A stretch of DNA of 64,000 nucleotides from an uncultured Thermoplasmata archaeon (lineage in GTDB: Archaea; Thermoplasmatota; Thermoplasmata; UBA10834), in NCBI GenBank assembly GCA_963719945.1, contig CAVRDX010000004.1, positions 32,001 through 96,000 on the forward strand, given 5' to 3'. This document shows positions 58,227 through 64,000 of this stretch, one piece after another. How positions within the stretch are numbered: the first letter of the stretch is position 1; each line of letters starts with the position of its first letter. The notes beneath the pieces were generated by a model that worked only from the letters and a program-made list of their open reading frames with translations, made no database searches and was not told the origin of the DNA. Position numbers and translations under genes: made by a program.

Positions 58227-59253
58227 AATCTCCGATGTCTTCATGAGAGTCGAAACCAAGAAGGGAGAGTACCTCAAAACGAAACTGACCCAGAGAGGGG
58301 AGGATATCGGGCCTCATGGAGTCCGATTGACCAAGGGTGCCGTCCCCGACTATGTCAGTTTGACCAATTATCAGGATTTCTCCTGGCGCATAATGGGCAA
58401 GTTCGCGAGCGATCGGATGACACCCGCCAATAACCAGGTCCTCGAAGAATCGCTCACCAAGGCCCATATGAAGATACGGGCCGAAGAGTACTATGCATAT
58501 GTACTCATGAGCACAGTCGTCGCGTTCATCATAGGAGTGGTCATAGCAGTGGTCGTCGGAATCATCCTCTTCGGGGTGATGGGCGTGTCATTGACACTCA
58601 GGATCATGATATCAGGTGCGGCGATCGGCCTGTTACCCGTTATGGCGTTCTTCATGCTTATGGGATCGCCTGGCGGAAAGGCAAAGTCCAGGGGCAGGGA
58701 CATCGACAAGAAGATCGCAGCTGCGATGAGCTTCATCTCTGCTATGGCATCAGCAGATGTCAACATTGATATCATATTCAAGGAACTTTCGAGGCAGACG
58801 ATCTACGGTGAGATCGCAGCTGAATCCTCGTGGATTACGCGTGATACGGAACTTCTCGGATTGGATATCTTGAGCGCCATCAAGAAAGCGGCCAAGAGGT
58901 CCCCATCGGCCAAGTTCCAGGAATTCCTGCAGGGAGTCATCACGACCTCCACATCCGGTGGGCAGCTCAAGCCGTACTTCCTGCTCAAGGCAGATGAATA
59001 CCAGAAAGAGAACAAGCTCGCCATGAAGTCCCAGATGGAGACACTGGGAATGCTCGCCGAATCGTTCGTCACAGTCGTCGTTGCTTTCCCTCTATTCCTT
59101 GTTCTCATCTTAGCGATCATGGCAATCGTAGGCGGAGGAGACTCGAGCATGATGATCACCCTCCTGTACCTTATCGTCATTGGAATGATCCCGATCTCGC
59201 AATTCGGATTCATATTTGTCATTTGGAACATGTCACAGGAAGGTGCGATGTAG
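58210..59253 (+). CDS. Type II secretion F-family (TadC/PilC-like) membrane platform protein
   Basis: LTKAHMKIRAEEY, YGEI..E, LGLDILSAI...A.RSPS..F.EFLQG, LGMLAE. Confidence 0.88.
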   Translation: MLNLPEISDVFMRVETKKGEYLKTKLTQRGEDIGPHGVRLTKGAVPDYVSLTNYQDFSWRIMGKFASDRMTPANNQVLEESLTKAHMKIRAEEYYAYVLMSTVVAFIIGVVIAVVVGIILFGVMGVSLTLRIMISGAAIGLLPVMAFFMLMGSPGGKAKSRGRDIDKKIAAAMSFISAMASADVNIDIIFKELSRQTIYGEIAAESSWITRDTELLGLDILSAIKKAAKRSPSAKFQEFLQGVITTSTSGGQLKPYFLLKADEYQKENKLAMKSQMETLGMLAESFVTVVVAFPLFLVLILAIMAIVGGGDSSMMITLLYLIVIGMIPISQFGFIFVIWNMSQEGAM

Positions 59254-59254
59254 G

Positions 59255-60187
59255 ATGGCAGTGAAGAAGCTCAGCCAGGCAGAGCAGGAGAGGGCGATCA
59301 AGAAGATCCTGGCTACTGAGAAATCAGATAAGACCAAAACCATCCTGGTAGGCTCGATCGTCGCTGTGCTCATATGCGTGTTCGCAGCGATCATAGACAT
59401 GATAGGCAGCCTTTCGCTCCCATTCGACCCCATCGATTACATCATCTTTGGAATAATGGCATTCCTTGCCCCATACGGGTTCTACACATCAAGGAAGGAA
59501 AAGAACATCAGAGAGATCGAGACCAGACTGCCCGATTTCCTCAGAGATGTGGCGGAGGCAGGAAGATTCGGAATGACGTTGGCTGACTCGATTGTCGTCG
59601 CATCATCCGGCAGATACGGTCGACTGACCCCAGAGATCCAGAAGATGTCTGCACAGATAGAATGGGGGGTACCCGCATCTGAGGCCATCCGACTATTCTC
59701 GGAGAGGGTCAAGACGCCACTGGTCATAAGAATGACATCGATAATCAGGAAGGCCAACGACGCAGGTGGCAACGTCGCCGATGTCCTCACGATGGTTTCC
59801 CACGATGCCAAGGAATCCATCCTCACACAGGAGGAGCGGAATGTGACCATGTCGACCTATGTGATGGTCGTCTACATATCATTCTTCGTGTTCATCGCGA
59901 CCATATTGATCCTGGACCTGCAGTTCCTCCCTAAGATGGAGGAGGCGGGAACGACGGTGAACGATGCGGCTCAGGAGATGGGATTACAGGAGATTCCGGG
60001 AGTCAACATCAAGGTCGCCCTCATCGACGATATCTCATTCATATTCCTACTTGCGATAGTGGTGCATGCAGTTGGGGATGGGCTGCTAGCTGGTGTCATC
60101 CAGAAGGGGAGCATACCCATAGGAATGAGACACAGTTTCATCATGTTGCTTTCAGGATTCGTGTCCCTAAGGTTACTGTTTGCGTGA
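59255..60187 (+). CDS. Type II secretion F-family (TadB/C-like) membrane platform protein
   Basis: LPDFLRDVAE..RFGMTL, YGRLTPEI, AGGNVADVL. Confidence 0.9.
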   Translation: MAVKKLSQAEQERAIKKILATEKSDKTKTILVGSIVAVLICVFAAIIDMIGSLSLPFDPIDYIIFGIMAFLAPYGFYTSRKEKNIREIETRLPDFLRDVAEAGRFGMTLADSIVVASSGRYGRLTPEIQKMSAQIEWGVPASEAIRLFSERVKTPLVIRMTSIIRKANDAGGNVADVLTMVSHDAKESILTQEERNVTMSTYVMVVYISFFVFIATILILDLQFLPKMEEAGTTVNDAAQEMGLQEIPGVNIKVALIDDISFIFLLAIVVHAVGDGLLAGVIQKGSIPIGMRHSFIMLLSGFVSLRLLFA

Positions 60188-60192
60188 TTGAG

Positions 60193-61935
60193 ATGTCTGA
60201 AACAGAGCAGGCCAAGATTGAAATGGAACAACAGCCAAACGCGCCGGAAGCAGAGGCAACTCCGCCACCAGAGGAGGAGAAGGCGAAGAGCGGAGGCTTT
60301 CTGGCGGCGTACTATGGATTCCTGATGAAGATCAGGCCCAGGCCTATGAGGATCACAGTCATGAAGAACGAGATCCAGGTCGACACGAGTCAGATCACGG
60401 AGATACCAAAGCTGACCGAGTCGAATATAGATGAGGTCGAGATATCCCCGGTCAAGCAGAACTATTCATACGTCAGGATAAGGTACGACAACAAAGCCAA
60501 CGAATACACATATGAGGTAATCGAACCGAAGTTGCTGGGAGACGAGGCGGCTGTGGTCGCCCTCCTGAAAGAGACCCTCATAGCATCCGTCGAAAAGATG
60601 ACCGAGGAGGAACCTTCGGAGAAGGAGAAGTATCTGAGACGAATCATCGAGGAGCTGATGAACCTTCTCGGGATCTCACTGCACCCGATATCCAAAGAGA
60701 GGGTGATGTACTATCTTCTCAGAGATTTCCTCGGTTATGGTGTCATCGACGTGATGATGAATGAGCCCAATGTGGAGGATTGCTCGTGCGATGGGGTCAA
60801 CGTCCCGCTCTACATCTATCACAGGAAGTACGGTTCAATAAGGTCCAACCTCAGGTTCGAGAAGGAGGTGGAACTCGATGGTTTCGTGGTGTGGCTCGCC
60901 CAGAAGTGCGGCAAACACATCTCGGTCGCGAGTCCACTTCTGGACGCAACTATCCCGGACGGTTCTAGATTGCAGGCGACTCTGGGAAAGCATGTGACGA
61001 AGAGAGGTTCGTCATTCACCATCAGACGGTTCAAGGAGAACCCTTTCACCCCGCTTGACCTACTCAAGTTCAAGACGATGAGCACGGAGATGATGGCATA
61101 CCTCTGGATAGGCATAGAACACGGACAGTCGATGCTCGTGTGCGGAGGCACTGCGAGTGGAAAGACCACCACACTCAACGCAGTCCTCCTTTTCATACCC
61201 CCACAGATGAAGATCGTCTCGATCGAGGATACCAGGGAACTCAACCTTCCACATGAGAATTGGGTTCCGGGTCTGACCCGAGAAGGTTTCGGTGGGAAGA
61301 GCATGGTCACTGGGAAATCTTCCGGTGAGATCGACATGTTCGACTTGCTCACGGCCGCGATGAGGCAGAGACCTCAGTACCTGATGGTCGGTGAGGTCAG
61401 AGGTAAGGAAGCGTACGTCGTGTTCCAAGCCATGGCGACAGGTAAGACCTGCTATTCGACTTTCCACGCAGAGGATGTCCAGGCGATGGTGCACAGAATG
61501 GAAAACGACCCCATCAACCTGCCAAGGGCGCTGATCACAGCTCTCAACATCGTCATGCTGCAGGCTCAGGTCAAGGTCGGGACGAAGATGACCAGACGGG
61601 TCAAGTCATTGACGGAGATCGTCGGCATCGACCCTGAGACCGATGAGCTGATCACCAACTCAGTCTACACATGGAACCCAGCCGATGACACTTTCAACTA
61701 TAGCGGTCACAGCTACGTGTACGAGAAGGTCAGAATGGCCAGGAACTGGGCACCTCGAGAGATGGAAAGGGAGATCAAGAGGCGTGTCGACATTCTCGAG
61801 TACATGAAGAAGGTGAGCATCGACAACCACAGGAAGGTTGCCACAATCATATCTGCGTATTACAAGGATCCAGACAAGGTCATGAAGGAGGTCCGGGCGA
61901 AACTGGCAGAGACCGGACCACCTCAGCGAATCTGA
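60193..61935 (+). CDS. Type II/IV secretion ATPase 2 (paralog of 56466-58226)
   Basis: EDCSCDG, GGTASGKTT, EDTRE, MRQRP, VGEVRG, STFHA. Confidence 0.93.
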   Translation: MSETEQAKIEMEQQPNAPEAEATPPPEEEKAKSGGFLAAYYGFLMKIRPRPMRITVMKNEIQVDTSQITEIPKLTESNIDEVEISPVKQNYSYVRIRYDNKANEYTYEVIEPKLLGDEAAVVALLKETLIASVEKMTEEEPSEKEKYLRRIIEELMNLLGISLHPISKERVMYYLLRDFLGYGVIDVMMNEPNVEDCSCDGVNVPLYIYHRKYGSIRSNLRFEKEVELDGFVVWLAQKCGKHISVASPLLDATIPDGSRLQATLGKHVTKRGSSFTIRRFKENPFTPLDLLKFKTMSTEMMAYLWIGIEHGQSMLVCGGTASGKTTTLNAVLLFIPPQMKIVSIEDTRELNLPHENWVPGLTREGFGGKSMVTGKSSGEIDMFDLLTAAMRQRPQYLMVGEVRGKEAYVVFQAMATGKTCYSTFHAEDVQAMVHRMENDPINLPRALITALNIVMLQAQVKVGTKMTRRVKSLTEIVGIDPETDELITNSVYTWNPADDTFNYSGHSYVYEKVRMARNWAPREMEREIKRRVDILEYMKKVSIDNHRKVATIISAYYKDPDKVMKEVRAKLAETGPPQRI

Positions 61936-62085
61936 TCCAGATGGTCTCGTTTTCGGTAGACTTCATGTGATATGGCATGAGCGACAGCTCTTTGCGGCTC
62001 TATACAGAGCGCATCAAGTTGATTAGCCATTAAGAAAAATGAAAAGCCATCAAAGGGTTTTGTGGGTTTTGAGGAGAGGATCAGC

Positions 62086-64000
62086 CTACTGCTGATCCTC
62101 GCTGTTGTCGGATCCGTTGCCATTCTTATCCGAAGTCCCGGCTATGGGGGTCTTGATGATCTTCTTCGGGACCACTTTTCTGTCGATGGGCCTTCTGATG
62201 ACCATCTTCGGTGCGGCGACCTGGGAAGGACCCTGTTCCTGAGCCTTCTCGACCGGCGGGGCAAATTCGCGCGCAGACGATTCTGGCAACGCCTCGCCTG
62301 AGGACGGCGGGGTCGGCGGCTGTTCTCCCGGAGGCAGCTCCTTCTCGGCTCCGAAGACCGTTCCGCACTTGTGACATACGGTCGATTCCTTCGGGTTCAG
62401 TGTGCCACATACTGGGCATGGTATTGGCCCCTCCTTCCGCTTCTCCTCTTCCTTTGCGAGCCAATCTTCGAATGAGATATATGTCGGCTGAGTCACCCAC
62501 CACTCGTCGAACTTCTTGTCGCTGAACTTCTTGCCGAGTTCGGGCTTTGCCAACTCGCGGTACTTCGAGACCATCTCATCGTACTCGCCTCTCATCTTCT
62601 CGAGGTAGTCCTCCTCGCCGATTTCCTCGCCGACGAACTTCACACCGCAGTTGGAGCATTCGGTTGATTCTGCAGGCACCCATGCTCCGCATTCAGAGCA
62701 CTTCATCGTGCCTACTTCGAACTCGACTCCACACTTCGGACATCTCTTATTCGCAGCTGGGATGAAGGCACCGCATTCTCCGCACTCCACCAGTTTGCCG
62801 AGGCCACGGAAGTAGATATAGGCAGTGACTCCAAGAACGGAACCGACGATCACACCGATTATCGCGAGCCAGACCCACAACGCAATGCCGCGTCCCGCGA
62901 CTACGCCATCGACGGCAATCGTAGTCGCGAAGTCAGGCTGCTCCTCCTCTAACACTACTGGGACCAGCGTGTATTGACCGGTCTCGAGGTTAGCCAAGAG
63001 AGCCACTTGGAACGATGCCCTGCCTGAAGGGGATGTCGAAATCGCATCAGCGCGCGAGAGAACATCACCATCGGGACTCACGAGGTTCACGGACACGCCT
63101 GGCAGCCCAGATACAGCTATCTCGTCATTGATATTCTCTGGCTCAGTCGCACCGTAGTAGATATTCACGTGTACGAGAGCGCTTTCGCCCGCTTTGTACT
63201 CGCCCGTGTCCGAGTCCACTATCATTATTATGTGATATACGAGATCCACGATTTCGAAATCAATCGATGCTTCGTTGTTCGTCTCGTTCTTCTCATTCGA
63301 TTGGTTGTTGTCGTAGTCTACGAATACGAATATGGAATATGTCCCACTAACCGTCAGATTTATCGTATACTCCATTGAGACTTCTACCCACATCTGTGGG
63401 AGTATATGCTCCACCGAAATGCCAATCTCATATTCCAATGTCCCGAATACAATGGAGAATCTGATGCTGACATCGCCCGGGTTTGTCCCGCCAATGTTGT
63501 GGACGTTTGCCGTAATCGTGACCGTTCTCCCAAATTCGTGGGGATTCGAACCATCGTCCACTGAGATATCATCCGCATCGACTTTGAAGTCTGCACGGAC
63601 ATCAAGTACGGTAATCGTGGCAGTTTCGATGTTGTTTGTCAGATCCGTCTCAATCACTGTTTCAGATGGATTGGCTTCCATGGTGAAAGTGAACTCAGTG
63701 TCGTTCGTCACAAAGGGTGCGGAATATGCAAACTCAACCGCGAATTGAGATTCTTCATATAGAATCCCATACAGTGTCATGTTGAAAATTTCGCTCTCTG
63801 AATCGCTGTATTCCACGGTCAATGATACTACCGGGTTCGAGACAGGGGCCTCACCATTGTTGTACAGCACTGAACGAACATACAATATCTGACCACCAGG
63901 TACGCTTGACACGTCGGCAGGTGGGTCGCCGGCCATGAATCCTATCGCATCTAGCGATAGGTCAGCATAGCCCAAAACTCTGATCTCAACTGAGTCCTGG
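62086..64000 (-). CDS. Surface protein (CARDB-like repeats, TM helix, cytoplasmic zinc ribbons), 5'-truncated by the window end
   Basis: Frame stays open to 64000. NPSETVIETDLTNN and EKNETNNEA are CARDB-type ends. TM LWVWLAIIGVIVGSVLGVTAYIY is followed by three CxxC-x10-CxxC ribbons. Confidence 0.85.
   Translation of the reverse strand, partial: QDSVEIRVLGYADLSLDAIGFMAGDPPADVSSVPGGQILYVRSVLYNNGEAPVSNPVVSLTVEYSDSESEIFNMTLYGILYEESQFAVEFAYSAPFVTNDTEFTFTMEANPSETVIETDLTNNIETATITVLDVRADFKVDADDISVDDGSNPHEFGRTVTITANVHNIGGTNPGDVSIRFSIVFGTLEYEIGISVEHILPQMWVEVSMEYTINLTVSGTYSIFVFVDYDNNQSNEKNETNNEASIDFEIVDLVYHIIMIVDSDTGEYKAGESALVHVNIYYGATEPENINDEIAVSGLPGVSVNLVSPDGDVLSRADAISTSPSGRASFQVALLANLETGQYTLVPVVLEEEQPDFATTIAVDGVVAGRGIALWVWLAIIGVIVGSVLGVTAYIYFRGLGKLVECGECGAFIPAANKRCPKCGVEFEVGTMKCSECGAWVPAESTECSNCGVKFVGEEIGEEDYLEKMRGEYDEMVSKYRELAKPELGKKFSDKKFDEWWVTQPTYISFEDWLAKEEEKRKEGPIPCPVCGTLNPKESTVCHKCGTVFGAEKELPPGEQPPTPPSSGEALPESSAREFAPPVEKAQEQGPSQVAAPKMVIRRPIDRKVVPKKIIKTPIAGTSDKNGNGSDNSEDQQ

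Overview
This is ordinary chromosomal DNA from an anaerobic archaeon. Gene content points to Thermoplasmatota (a Methanomassiliicoccales-related or marine-benthic-type lineage). The evidence is Cdc48/VAT, Elp3, aTrm56 with an HD gene, an Lhr helicase, Sec61-beta, BHB-intron tRNA and GGAGGTGA ribosome-binding sites. The window holds about 56 CDS and three tRNAs (Asn-GTT, intron-containing CAT tRNA that is probably Ile2, Phe-GAA). I found no mobile element, CRISPR array or rRNA. Two real small genes are missing from the ORF track: Sec61-beta (1469-1636) and a stand-alone desulforedoxin (33098-33217). The most unusual elements are: (1) a two-gene TPR operon whose larger protein joins a catalytically degenerate Mrr-like nuclease fold, TPR arrays and a SAP DNA-binding motif; (2) a circularly permuted ABC substrate-binding protein under a palindromic operator; (3) an operon that looks like an alternative citrate-to-2-oxoglutarate route (homocitrate/Re-citrate synthase-like enzyme, two-subunit LeuCD-type aconitase, true isocitrate dehydrogenase) with a structured leader; (4) an orphan HdrA-MvhD fusion whose MvhD part has lost all Fe-S cysteines; (5) a 52-64 kb region with a Zn-ribbon/HhH/coiled-coil/pseudo-KaiC protein, a two-ATPase type IV pilus locus and a CARDB-like surface protein with cytoplasmic Zn ribbons; (6) small proteins with HbYX-like tails upstream of elp3. 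All family assignments come from reading motifs by eye; no searches were run.
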